Positions 13,991 through 27,379 of a stretch of 64,000 nucleotides of DNA are shown here, piece by piece. The DNA lies in contig MU056000.1 of the NCBI GenBank assembly GCA_013239625.1, positions 13,281,175 to 13,345,174 of the forward strand, written 5' to 3'. Position numbers and translations under genes: made by a program. The notes beneath the pieces were generated by a model. That model worked only from the letters and a program-made list of their open reading frames with translations, searched no databases and was not told where the DNA came from. Position 1 is the stretch's first letter. Every line of letters begins with the position of its first letter. Origin of the DNA: Lama guanicoe (taxonomy: Eukaryota).

Positions 13991-14497
13991 TACTATTACG
14001 TGATAACATTGCTTTAAAATATTCACTGTCTCAGAAATGCCATGTACAATTTATGTTCTAAATTGATGTTGTTTAGTTCATCAGAGGATATTACTGAAGT
14101 GTCAGGCAAGTGATGCCATGAGATGTTCTACATTAAATTTCTTGAGTTGAAGAAAAATTAAACACAGAGTTACTGTGCCAGGTAAATGTTGAACACAGGG
14201 CTTTGTTGAACAAAGGCCAACAAAAATATCCCAAAGTTAAAAGATAAGATTATTTAAAAATCATTCCTCATTGTCTTCTATTTCTGAAATTAACTGAGGA
14301 AAATAATAAAAGTGAAAATCCTTTTTCCCTCTAGATGTGTCACATGAGAACATGTGTCTGTGTGCTAAGGCGTACCTGAAGTTTGATTAGGAATTATTTT
14401 GATGGTTCCAAGAATTTCCAAAATTATTTGGCCCTGTTTTTTGACTGTTCATTTATTTGTTTCATTCTCATCCCTTTGAGATGTAAACACAGAATCT

Positions 14498-14566
14498 TGA
14501 AATGTCATGTGTCTAAGATACATGAAATGTCATGTATCTAAGATAAGTCTAAGAATCTAAGACTAA
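14498..14566. repeat. 25-bp tandem duplication with further ctaaga subrepeats
   Basis: tgaaatgtcatgt(g/a)tctaagata at 14498 and 14523. Confidence 0.9.
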
Positions 14567-15398
14567 CCTAATTTCATCATATCCACCATTTTTGCTTTAG
14601 AGCAACTTATAACCCTGAAAATCTTTCCCTTAATAGTTCTCTGAACACAGACTAAAAGAATGAGAGAAATAAGGAGCACATTGTGCTTCAGACTTTAACC
14701 ATGGTTTCTTTATTTATGGTCAGCAGCTTGAAAGCTTATACAAATTAAATGTGCACCAAAAATTGAATTTCACATATGTTGGGAAAATTAGGAGCTGTCA
14801 TTCTTCATTCAGCCATTCAAAGCAAGCCAGAAGCCAACCTAGAAAGAAATTTACATTTGAAAATTCTCTTTTGTTGTCATTCTATCTGTCTGCAGATACT
14901 GTTCTGATTGAATGAAACTCCCTTTTGAAGTAGACCACACCTAGATTTATTATTATTATTATTTTTCATTCTACTTCTATGATTTGGAAGCTCTGATTCT
15001 GGAATGACTTCTAGAGAAAAACATACTGTTAATTTCTATCATTTAAGAAATAAGAGAAATAAAATATACCATGCTTTCATCATGTTATTCCATGTATAAC
15101 ATCTCCCTTTATATAATTGTGAAACAGCATATTCCTTTTCATTGGAGTTTTAATTTTTGAACATTGAGTGATCAATTAACTAGTTCTTTAGGTGTAAATT
15201 ATATGTCCAAATACAGTTATATTGTTTTTCTTTAATTTCTTAAATTGAATATAACACACACACACCCCATGAGTTTTTAAGAAATTCCTAGTAATTGACA
15301 TTTAGATTTATTCACAATATAAAAATACTTAAGGATTATCTATTTACAATTGTCCTTATAGGGTAAACTCCTGAATGTTCCTTCCTTTGAGATTTCAT

Positions 15399-15405
15399 TA
15401 TAGTT

Positions 15406-15436
<31 letters not shown>

Positions 15437-15451
15437 GGTTGTCTTGAAAAA

Positions 15452-15490
<39 letters not shown>

Positions 15491-15785
15491 GCAGGGCAAG
15501 GAATAGTGACTTTATTTGGAAAGCTGGCTGATGGAGAAGATAGCAAACTAATGTTCTGAAGAACCATCTTCCCCAAGTCAGAATTCAGGCTCCTTTTCTA
15601 CTAAAAAGAAAAGAGGGTATTGTTGGTTGTTGCAAACTTGTTGGTTTAGGAATTCTTTGTTCTTGGAATCCTTTGTTCTTGGCAGCCGTCCATGTGGGTC
15701 GGGTCATGGTGCCCCTGTAAAACCTCCAACAAAACAAGTGTTTTTTTCTGCTCTGCAACTTGTTATCTTTCTACAGTTTCTTTTT
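15399..15785 (-). mobile_element. Polyadenylated ERV LTR fragment (L1-mediated retrocopy) with TSD
   Basis: Minus strand: LTR sequence, AATAAA, ~20 nt, then a long interrupted poly(A) (15408-15489). Flanking direct repeat TA(T/C)AGTTTCTTTTT at 15399 and 15772. Confidence 0.7.
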
Positions 15786-15959
15786 GTTAACTTTTCAGTT
15801 TTCATGCTATAGTAACATAGAGGAGTATTGAGCCACTTGAGAGTTTTTAGGAGGTCATTGCCAAGAATGACTAATCACGTCAAGTAAACACCATGTAGTC
15901 CTCAATATCATAGTCTGTTTTTTTAAAGGAAATATGACTTCATTCCTGAAATGAGCTGA

Positions 15960-18720
15960 AATGCTGATTTTGATAGTATTTCTTATCGATAAATGATTGA
16001 CTTACCATAAATGCATCCATTTTAAGTATAAAATTCTTTTTTGCAATTTTATAAAACTTTAGATCTTTTTGTATATTTATAGAATTCTGCAGGCATCACC
16101 ACAATGCAATTTGAGAACATTTCCATAAACACAAAGAGTTCCATCATGCTTGCTTACAGTTAATTACAGTTACTATCTGCTCCCTCTTTTAGATGTAGGT
16201 AACACTGATCTGCTTTTGTTCTCTAAAATTTTGCATTTTCTGTACATTTTATAAAAATGAAATCACATAATATGTAGTTGTTTTTTTCATTTAGCATAAT
16301 ATTTTGATTCTCTTCCATACCATAGCATGCACATTGTTCCCTTATAATGCCACACTGTATTCAGTTGGTTAGATTATCACTTTTGTTTATCTATTTACAA
16401 GTTGTTGGACATATGAATTATTTCCAGATTGGAGCTATTATGAATAATACGGTTACAAACATTAATATACATGTCTTTTTGTGAATATATGTCTTTATTT
16501 CTCTTGGGTAGGTTTCTAGGAGTGGGATTATCAATCATATAAGTTTGTATTTAAATTTTAAAGAAGAAAGCTAACCTGTTTTCTAGATTGACTGTATCAT
16601 TTTCACTTCTATTAGCGAAATTTGAATATTCCTGTTTATATCTTTGTTAACACTTAATACTTTCTTTTTTTTTATAGCTTTTTAAATTGATGTGTATTGG
16701 TACCTCACTATGGTCTTAATTTATCAATAAGAAAAGATGTTGAGCATCTTTTCATGTGCTTTTAGCTATTTTTATATTTTATTTAGCAACATGACTATTC
16801 AAATATTTGTCTATTTTAAAATTATATTTTCTCTTTAAATTGTAATAATGTTTCATATATTATTGATATAATGCTTTATGAGATATTTTAATTCCTGAAT
16901 TTGCTAATTTGTGTTTTCTCTCTTTTTTTTCTTGGTCAGGATAGCTATGATTTGGCAATTTTTTTTTTTTTGATCTTTAAAAGAATCATATTTTGTTGCC
17001 ATTCTGTATTGCTTTCCATTTTCTATTTCATTGATTTCTTCCTTAATCTTTGCTGTTTCTTATTTGTACATGTTTGGATTTAGGTTGTCCTTTTATTTCC
17101 ATTTTATAAGATGAAAGCTCATTATTGATATGAGATATTTCTTCTTTTTTGATATGTACAAAGTTATAAATCATCCTCAAGATACTGCTTTAGAGGCATT
17201 CATCAATTTTAATTTGCTCTGTTACCATTTCCATTCAGTTGACACTTCTATCTAATTTATTTTGAGACATTTTCTTTGAATTATCGATTATGTAAAATTA
17301 TCCAAGTTTATTTCTAAGTATCTGGAGATTTTCCAAATTTCTTTTAATTTTTGATTTCTAGTTTAATTTTATTGTGGTCAATCCTTTTAAATCTATTGGG
17401 ACTTGTTGTGTAGCTTAAAACATGGTCTATTCTAAAAAAGTATTTCTAAGTGCACTTGCTAAGAATGGACATTCTACTGTTCTTGGATACAATGCACTAT
17501 ATATTTCAGTTAGGTTGGTCTGATTAATACTGTGTTCAAATTTTCTATAACCTTTCTGCTTTTTCCAACTTGAAATGTTATCAATTATTTATAGTGAGGG
17601 ATGAAATTATCCAACTACTAATGTTGAATTGTATATCTCTCCTTTCAAAACCATTTTTGGCTTTTGCTCTTTATGTTTTGTGGATCTACTTCAGAGATTG
17701 ATACTTTATTACTGTGAAATATCTCTTTGTTTCAAATAATATTTCTTGACTTAAAGTTTATTTTGTCTGACCTTAATATATACTAATAGATAGTTTACTG
17801 TTGTATTATTTGATCATTATTTTATCTCAAATGATCGGTTTCTTGAAATATAATGTGAACGGTGGAGATATATATATATAAATCCATACTAACAATAGTG
17901 AAGTGATTTGAATTTGCATTTCCCTGATGATTTCTGATGTTGAGCTTCTATTCATATAGCTGGTGGCCGTTTATGTCTTCTTTAGAGAAATGTGTATTCA
18001 AATCTTTTCCCAACTTTTAAGTGGGTTACTTGAGGGGTTTTGTTTGTTTGTTTGGCTGTTGTGCTGTAGGCGTTCCTCGTATATTTTGGATGTTAAGCCC
18101 GTGGGGATAAGTCTGGTCTTAGGCTTTTCTTTATTGGGAGGTTTATGATTACAGATTCATTTCATTGTTACGGTTCTGTTCAGTTTCCTGTTTCTTTATG
18201 ATTCAGCCTTGGTAGGTTGGATGTTTCTAAGAAGTGATTTATTTCTTCTAGGTTATTCAATTTGTTAGCATGTAATTATTCATGTTAGTCTCTTAAGATC
18301 CTATTTAATACTGTGGCATCAGTTGTAACATTCTGTTTATTTGGTCATTGAGTCTTTTTTTTTAAGTATAGTTAAATATTTGTCAAATTTGTTATCTTTT
18401 CCAAAAACCAACTCATTTTCAATGCAGGATCTTTCATACTGTTCTCTTATTTGCCTTTTTTCTTTGCATTTCTGTTCTAATATTTAGCATTTTGTTTCTT
18501 CTGATAACATAGACCTTTGTTTACAAAACTTTTTCTAGTTCCTTACAGTGTAAAATTAACTTATCTGTGATCTTTTTTAATACAGTATCACTATAAGCTT
18601 TCTTCTTAGTATTGCTTTTGTAGAAATAATGCTATTTCCCACAAGTTTCATTAAGTTGTATTTTCATTTTCATTTATTTCAAGGTCTTCTCTAATTTCCC
18701 CTTTGATTTTGTCTTTCAAG
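15960..18720 (-). mobile_element. Mosaic of old L1 fragments (L1MB/ME-type 3' end and ORF2 remnants)
   Basis: T-rich antisense L1 motifs throughout (gtacctcactatggtcttaattt; tgagcatcttttcatgtgctt; tctggtcttaggcttttctttattgggagg). Confidence 0.75.
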
Positions 18721-18999
18721 TGGTATACATAAAGGCAACTCTATTTTGGTCAACAACAAATGTATTGATTATAATGAAAATTAATTGAGTTATCTTTATT
18801 TAAACTGTGAAGGGAGGTCAAATATTACATATACTCATTAATACCTTGAAATGTCAGAAAGTCATAGCATAGAAGAGCACACACTGAATATTTCATGAAA
18901 ATTCTATTAGTAAAATTTGAGTTAGTTATTTAAATGTAGCATAAAGTCATGAAAGTCTTCCATTTTTCATCAAGTCATTTTCATAGTGAGGCAATTCTT

Positions 19000-21370
19000 T
19001 TTTTTAACATTTTTTATTGATTTATAATCATTTTACAATGTTGTGTCAAATTCCAGTGTTCAGCACAATTTTTCAGTCATTCATGGACATATACACACTC
19101 ATTGTCACATTTTTTTCTCTGTGATTTATCATAACATTTTGTGTATATTTCCCTGTGCTATACAGTGTAATCTTGTTTATCTATTCTACAATTTTGAAAT
19201 CCCAGTCTATCCCTTCCCACCCTCTACCCCCCTGGTAACCACAAGTCTGTATTCTCTGTCCATGAGTCTATTTCTGTCCTGTATTTATGCTTTGTTTTTG
19301 TTTGTTTGTTTGTTTTTGTTTTTTAGATTCCACATATGAGCGATCTCATATGGTATTTTTCTTTCTCTTTCTGGCTTACTTCACTTAGAATGACATTCTC
19401 TAGGAGCATCCATGTTGCTGCAAATGGCATTATGTTGTCGGTTTTTATGGCTGAGTAGTATTCCATTGTATAAATATACCACCTCTTCTTTATCCAGTCA
19501 CCTGTTGATGGACATTTAGGCTGTTTCCATGTTTTGGCTATTGTAAATAGTGCTGCTATGAACATTGGGGTGCAGGTGTCATCCTGAAGTAGATTTCCTT
19601 CTGGATACAAGCCCAGGAGTGGGATTCCTGGGTCATATGGTAAGTCTATTCCTAGTCTTTTGAGGAATCTCCACACTGTTTTCCATAGTGGCTGCACCAA
19701 ACTGCATTCCCACCAGCAGTGTAGGAGGGTTCCCCTTTCTCCACAGCCTCTCCAGCATTTGTCATTTTTGGATTTTTGAATGACGGCCATTCTGACTGGT
19801 GTGAGGTGATACCTCATTGTAGTTTTGATTTGCATTTCTCTGATAATTAGTGATATTGAACATTTTTTCATGTGCTTTTTGATCATTTGTATGTCTTCCT
19901 TGGAGAATTGCTTGTTTAGGTCTTCTGCCCATTTTTGGATTGGGTTGTTTATTTTTTTCTTATTGAGTCGTATGAGCTGCTTATATATTTTGGAGATCAA
20001 GCCTTTGTCGGTTTCACTTGCAAAAATTTTCTCCCATTCCGTAGGTTTTCTTCTTGTTTTATTTCTGGTTTCCTTTGCTCTGCAGAAGCTTGTAAGTTTC
20101 ATTAGGTCCCATTTGTTTATTCTTGCTTTTATTTCTTCTAGGAGAAAATTTTTGAAATGTATGTCAGATAATGTTTTGCCTATGTTTTCCTCTAGGAGGT
20201 TTATTGTATCTTGTCTTATGTTTAAGTCTTTAATCCATTTTGAGTTGATTTTTGTATATGGTGTAAGGGTGTGTTCTAGCTTCATTGTTTTACATGCTGC
20301 TGTCCAGTTTTCCCAACACCATTTGCTGAAGAGACTGTCTTTATTCCATTGTATATTCTTGCCTCCTTTGTCGAAGATGAGTTGACCAAAAGTTTGTGGG
20401 TTCATTTCTGGGCTCTCTATTCTGTTCCATTGGTCTATATGTCTGTTTTGGTACCAATACCATGCTGTCTTGATGACTGTAGCTCTATAGTATTGTCTGA
20501 AGTCTGGGAGAGTTATTCCTCCAGCCTCTTTCTTTCTCTTCAGTAATGCTTTAGCAATTCTAGGTCTTTGATGGTTCCATATAAATTTTATTATGATTTG
20601 TTCTAGTTCTGTGAAATATGTCCTGGGTAATTGGATAGGGATTGCATTAAATCTGTAGATTGCCTTGGGCAGTGTGACCATTTTAACAATATTGATTCTT
20701 CCAATCCAAGAGCATGGAATATCTTTCCATTTTTTAAAGTCTTCTTTAATTTCCTTCATCAATGGTTTATAGTTTTCTGTGTATAATTCTTTCACCTCCT
20801 TGGTTAGATTTATTCCCAGATATTTTATTACTTTGGGTGCTATTTTAAAGGGGATTGTTTCTTTACTTTCTTTTTCTGTTGATTTATCGTTAGTGTAAAT
20901 AAATGCAACTGATTTTTGAACATTAATTTTGTAACCTGCTACCTTGCTGAATTCTTCGATCAGCTCTAGTAGCTTTTGTGTGGACTTTTAGGGTTTTCTA
21001 TATATAGTAACATGTCATCAGCATATAATGACACTTTTACCTCTTCTTTTCCAATTTGGATCCCTTTTATTTCTTTCTCTTGCCTGATTGCTGTGGCTAG
21101 GACTTCCAGGACTATGTTGAATAGGAGTGGTGATAGTGGGCATCCTTGTCTTGTCCCAGATTTTAGTGGGAAGCTTTTGAGTTTTTTCACCATTGAGAAC
21201 TATGCTGGCTGTAGGTTTGTCATATATAGCTTTTATTATGTTGAGATATGTTCCCTCTATACCCACTTTGGTGAGAGTTTTTATCATCAATGGGTGTTGA
21301 ATTTTATCAAATGCTTTTTCTGCATCAATTGAGATGATCATGTGGTTTTTGTCCTTTCTCTTGTTGTTGT
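19000..21370 (-). mobile_element. Young 5'-truncated LINE-1 (camelid-type), ~2.4 kb, with 17-bp TSD
   Basis: ORF2 RT and C-terminal domains, 3' UTR and short A-tail. TSD ATAGTGAG(G/C)CAATTCTT at 18983-18999 and 21371-21387. Confidence 0.97.
19323..21341 (-). pseudogene. L1 ORF2 fragment (RT with YADD motif plus Cys-rich C-terminus), 5'-truncated, two frameshifts
   Basis: ORFs 21018-21341, 20966-21193 and 19323-20795 concatenate into L1 ORF2p ([57 protein letters not shown]). Confidence 0.95.
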
Positions 21371-23493
21371 ATAGTGAGCCAATTCTTATCTTCTATATAT
21401 GAAATTGAGGGATAAATTACCAGTCAGCTTTCTCCAGGAAGCATGAACACACGAGTTGGATAATTTTTCCGTGAGTTAATAATCAGTTGACTGTTTATAG
21501 GTGCAGCGGTGGTTTATCACTTATCAACAAGTGATAATGAAGTATTTTTAAAAGAAAGGGAGGAGATCTACCAATGCAGTCCATTCAGAATACTCAGGAC
21601 GGAGGGACAGAAACTGGACCTGAGGCACCAATCAACGACATCTGGCACCAAGATCTACTAAGCTTTTTACTCTTTAGTATAAATAAAAATTCTCAGCTTA
21701 GTTCCTATTTTTAGCTATGCAATTATGCTCTGACCATAAATAGATTTATTCTATTTCACAATTTCTGTATACTTTATCATTATCTAGTGAAAAAAAAACT
21801 ACTCATGTTACCAAAGTGCTTTTTAAAACACTCCTTTAAATATTTATTGTAACCAGACATTTTGTCCCTACAGATTTACAGGTTATTATAATAAAGGCAA
21901 TAAGTGGAAGATGACATAATTAAAAAGTTATTTTTATTGTAAGATAAAATTATCCAATTATCCTCAACAATATAATCCATAGACAGACAATAATGAAAGA
22001 ATTCTAAAATATGCCATAAATTGACCTAGAAGGAATGAAAGCATTTTCCCATAGCACAATTTAACGCAACAAAATATAATTGAAAAATATTGCATACATT
22101 TTAGGTATATTCAAATCCACTTTTAAATGTTTTGCTTTCATAAATGCATTCCAGAAATGTTACATGTGAAATATTCCTGGCTGAAATTTTAAACTTGGTA
22201 TATCACTAGTTCTGTATACATTTATTTTTATTTTCTTGTAATCTAAAGTTTCCTTTTTAATTGAAGTTCTTACAAGGAAAGCAAATCAATTTAAAGAAAA
22301 GAGTTAAGAAAATAGCAGAACAGGTTGCCCTGCATCTATGGAGTGAAGGTGGCCTGGAAATGCCTAGAGTCTGGAAAACCCTGGATGGTGGGGACAGTAG
22401 AGCTGAGTACTTGCAGTCAGGGTGCCCTGTAAGTTCCACTGTGTGATCAGGGCATCTTGGGGACCTGCACCTGCTCGTTGGCCAGGCCCAAGCAGTGAGC
22501 TAGTTCCAAAAGCTGGCAGAATGGAAGGGCACTGGAGTTGTCCCTGGAATCCACGCTGGCCACGAGCTGAGAATCACCCCAGCATCATCCTTGCCTTGAG
22601 GTATCAGATGGGAGCCTTGGGGCCAGCCATCCAGGCTTATGAATGCGTTGAATGACAGGTTGACCCAGCACCAGTCCTCTGTGATCAGTTATCCACAGGG
22701 ATGGAGACTCCAGTCCAGGTCTGACAGAGGCCTTCCGCATGGGGGAGGTGGAGGGACTTGAGGCAGGTTGATCAGGGCCCAGAAGGTGCATAAGCCTGAG
22801 GGAGCTGTCTGTTTCCCTTCTGTAAGGAGTGTAAAGAGACAGAGGAAGGAGACCAGAAACCAGAATTTCAGCTCCAACTCTCTCCCAACTGGTTGTGTCC
22901 TTGGCAAGTCAAAGGTATACCATTTTCAATATTATATTTACTCTTTTACTTACTGAATCATTTTTTACAAATATTTACCAGGTGACTTCTGTGCATCAAG
23001 AATTCTCTAGGTGCTGATAAAAATAAAGTTCCCGCCTTTAAGGAATTCATTTATTTTCAAGTTTTTCAAAGGTAACTAATTCTCTGAGTATCAGTTTAAT
23101 AAAGCTCTACTTTTTTAGCATACTATTATACGTTATACTGTATAAGTGATTACAAATGTTAAACTCTCATTATGTGTGTGTGCGCATACATATGTTTCTT
23201 GATTCCCGCATGAGGCTCACAGGGAACAGGGGACTCAGTAAATGGTTAATTGGAATTTCCTCTAAAGCGTTACATTAGCCAAACAGATCGTTTGATTTGT
23301 GTGCACGTTATAGAAAGAGAGCAAGAAACTTGAGAATCCATCAATGAAGAGGTTCCTTATTTGCCTAATTATTTTCATATAGGTTTCAGGCAATTTTACA
23401 ATCGATTAATTTGTAACTGGTAAAATTATATCATCTTTTATGCCTGGAGACAAGTAGTCGATAAATAACATGTATGACAGTTATTATTTCATT

Positions 23494-23591
23494 GATCTCT
23501 TTAATTAATTAATTAATTATTAAAGTGTTGTCAGTTACAATGTGTCAATTTCTGGTGTACAGCACAATGTCCCAGTCACGCGGATCTCTTT
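23494..23591 (-). mobile_element. Ultra-short (~80 bp) L1 3'-end insertion with TSD
   Basis: (TTAA)n tail plus gtcagttacaatgtgtcaatttctggtgtacagcacaatgtcccagtca, flanked by GATCTCTTT at 23494 and 23583. Confidence 0.8.
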
Positions 23592-26049
23592 TAGATAATT
23601 GTAACAAACACCTGAGGTCAGAGAGAAGTTCTGATGGGAAAGAATCTCTCTTAATTCATGCTGTATGTAAATGTTTAATTCCTGGCATTTAAGTATCAAA
23701 GGAATCTCTTTAGTGAAATAATATTTATTTAGTGTAATTCCTGTTGGTATTTCAAACAGATTTCTCCAATTAAATTAATTTTCTTTGTTTTTTAAATGAG
23801 TTTCTTTAAAAATACGCACTTGGAGACTCTAATATCGATTGCTATTCATTTTTTTCAAGGAATGGATTTCTTTCAATTAATTTTGTTTCTTGAATAGAGA
23901 TATCAAGCTTTGAACCTCTCGAGATTTTACTCGCTCAATCCTTGTTTGTAAGTGTCTTTGCCATCCTCTAATTTCTGCGAGGAGCTCCCTTCATAACTAG
24001 AAACATGATGTTGCTGGAGGGGCTAAAATAATCTAATATTTCAATATCTAAAATTTCAATGTTTTTTCCTAAGTGTACTGAGAAGTCCTCAAATTCTAGG
24101 TGAAGCAAATTTATATCTTAGGTAATTATGTATCTTGGCTCTCACAATTAGCACTTTGGTTCTTTGATTAAATAGTGACAACAGCTGAACTTTAGTTCTG
24201 AGTGTTGGGTTCAGTTTTACAGCTAAAAATCTTATTTTAGTTTTTATTCAAATACGATAAGTATTTTCTATGAAAATAGCCCTTAAAAAATGAGTTCTAC
24301 ATTACTTACTAGATTTCTCTGCTCTAATTTACTTACAAGTAGAGATTAAAAACAATGAAATGTTTCCTAAATACAATAAAACACACTATGAATCAAATAT
24401 TGTTTAAATGGATCAGTCTTGCCTAGTACATATTCAAAGTAGAAGTGTGATTTATCTCAGCAGCCTTAACACTTATAATAAAGATATTTTAAATAAAATG
24501 TGATTAAACCATAAATTAGTGGCTGACTGGTTTTGGCAAACTCTCAAATTTTTTGTATATCACAGTGCTACCAGTTGTTCAATACATGGACACATCAAGC
24601 ACTGTGACAGGTATGGCCCTCCAGTTCACTTAAACTAGTTTGCTAATAACTGCCTTTTACTCATTGCATAGCTCTTGTCTGCAGTTTTATATTTCCTTTG
24701 TGAGCTTTTTTTTTTCAACAAAAAGTTCAAAGCTCACACAACATAACAAACATGAACATGTATCATTTCAAGAACTTTTCATACTTTATAGCCAAAGGCA
24801 CTTTGTAATATTATTTTTTTCCTACAGATTATCTTAATAAACCAAATATTTCAAATGGTTTTGAGAAGAATATAAGTGTATAACAAGGTTGCATTGTTTT
24901 CCTGATCAATAATCTACCACTTTTGACCAATAAATTTACATATAAATATAAATATATATCTATCTATCTTAATATGTTTAAGAGTTGGAGGCAGAGGCAT
25001 CTAAACTCAAAAAGGATGATGGTTTGTATAAAAATTACTTTTTTCTTCAATATGAGAAGATATCAATCTTTGATTTTACTTTCAATAAACTTGTTATTGC
25101 TTCCAAACAATATATTTTTCTTTCAAAGATGATTTAGACCTTGATAGGAAGAAATGAAAATTAAATGACATGAAACATAAAAACTCCCACTATATCTATA
25201 TATGTATTTCTTTGTATGTAATATTATTTCAACCTTCATGCTGATAGTTTGTATGACCTATGGATAGAAACTATATTCTTTCTTATGTCTGACTCTTATT
25301 TTCTATGGACAAATTAAATGTAATTTCCAGTATGCTCTTTTGTTTTCAAATTATGACACATTAAATACTGTTTTATAAACTATGTATCAATATAATCAAA
25401 TATTTGTACATTAAATACCTCATTTGTGATACTAAGCTTTCAGATTTTTGCATAAATATTTATTTATTTATTTGTAATAAACAAAGATTTTCCTAAGTTA
25501 TGTATTAAATATGTTTGTGATTATTTTATTAAAAATGTCAGATGTAAAGACAGTTTTGAATGATCCTAACAGTTTTCAGCAATAAACTAGGGGGTGTTGG
25601 TCATATAGCACAATGTATACACAATGTATAAGTTTCAAACACAGAGTAGCCTTTTATTTTAGTCAATTCCTAGAATGTCTTTCTGATTCTTATTTGATTT
25701 CTTTTCTTTGCCTGCTATATCAGCCAATTAATTTCCATGAAGATATATTCTGATGAAAGTGTTTTTTGTTTTACTGAAAATAATGTCAATTGATAGTCAC
25801 TGAATTTAAAATAACTAAGTCAATTAAAAGTATGTCTTAATACTTATAATGTACCATGAAAATTTTTCTCTGATTTTAAACAATCTACTGGTAGAGTGAG
25901 AGACTAATTTTCCTTCTAACAGCATTATAATATAATCTTTAAATGTTTGGAAAGTACTGTGGAAAATTATTTTACAAAGAGGCTTATAATTTTAGCTATT
26001 GATAGTTTTCCTTTGTTTGATTTGCCTGTGAAGAGATCTTCTGTAACTT

Positions 26050-26990
26050 TCTTAATTTTTATTGAGATGTAATTGTTATAAAACACTGTATTTATTTCAA
26101 GTGTACAACATGTTGATTTGATATATGTATATATTGACAAATGATCACTACAATGAGTCCAATTAACATCTGAACCATATATATTTACAAACTTTTTTCT
26201 TGTCATGATAAACTTTTAGTTTTTACTATGTAATTAGTTAGTTAATTAGAAATTTTATTTCGTTGCTGCCTCTTACAGTTTGAATTACCTCATTTAGCAA
26301 ATTCTTCATCATGGTCTATTATTTTATTTTGTGATATTTTATTTTGTGACTTATTATATGATCAGCTCTGCATATCCAGTTTTCCTAGCATATGTTTTGC
26401 TGTCATTATGAAAAGCTAACATAATACACTTGAGAGTAAGAAAGCCTCAGTTTGAATATTTACATGGCCAACTTTGTCAGCTTTATTGAGGTATAATTGA
26501 CAGAAATTGCAGACACAAAATGCATACAATTGTCTCACTTGATGTATCATACATTATGAAATAATGATCACCGCAATCAGGCTAATTACCACATCCATCA
26601 CCTCACATAGTCACCATTTTCTTTCTTTTTTCTTTTTGAGTTGAGAACGCTTAAGATCTATCTTAGCAAAAGTCAGGTACACAGTACAGTATTGTTGACT
26701 GTAGTCACATTGTTGTATATTAGATCTCCAGAACTTACTTATCTTGCATAAGTGAAACTTTATGCCCTTTGGCCAACATCTATCCATTTCCCTTTCTCCT
26801 TAGCCCCTGGAAACCACCATTCTACTCTCTGCTTCTATGGCGTTGACTATTTTAGATTCCATTTACAAGTGAGATCATGAAGTCCTTCTGTGTCTGGTTT
26901 ATTTAACTTAGCATAACGTCCTCCAGGGCTGTACACGTCGTTGCAAATGACAGGAGTTCCTTCTTTTTGAGGCTGAATAAGATTGCATTT
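26050..26990 (-). mobile_element. L1MA-type 3' end fragments (26050-26230 and 26478-26990)
   Basis: agctttattgaggtataattgac...cccctggaaaccaccattctactctctgcttctatg...tttttgaggctgaata. Confidence 0.85.
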
Positions 26991-27379
26991 TATTACATTT
27001 TATATATCATGTTGATCACCCACTGTGGATCGGTGGTCCTGAGGAAACACAACTGTCACCCAGATTTGGGTAACGTGGTGATCAACATGTTAAATATACA
27101 CATATGCCCCAACATTTAATCGTAGAAACTTAGTGCTATAACTACAGCCCAGACTGTATTTTCCATATTTATTATTTGATGATAGTAATGCCTAAGTCAA
27201 ATAGTACAATATATGGGAACGCCCTGTGCAAAATGCAAATGGCAAGTTACAAGCAATGAGTGTTGCGTAGGTTATATGTGTGACTACGTTGAACCGTCTC
27301 AATATTCTTAAGTGTAATCTCAATGGAAAAAAAAAATAAGAAGGTACTGATGGCTGCTCAGTGAGTGGCATATACGGAT

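Noticed and set aside
15340..15576. Poly-lysine ORF
   Set aside because: It is a translation of the poly(A) tail.
19323..20795. 490-aa ORF as a host gene or novel reverse-transcriptase system
   Set aside because: It is ordinary L1 ORF2, 5'-truncated, with TSDs and an L1 3' UTR.
19825..21332. + strand ORFs (186, 65, 118 aa)
   Set aside because: These are antisense shadows of L1 ORF2.
27039..27060. Hammerhead ribozyme core (CTGAGGA...GTC)
   Set aside because: There is no stem II followed by GAAA in the required order, so the topology does not fit.
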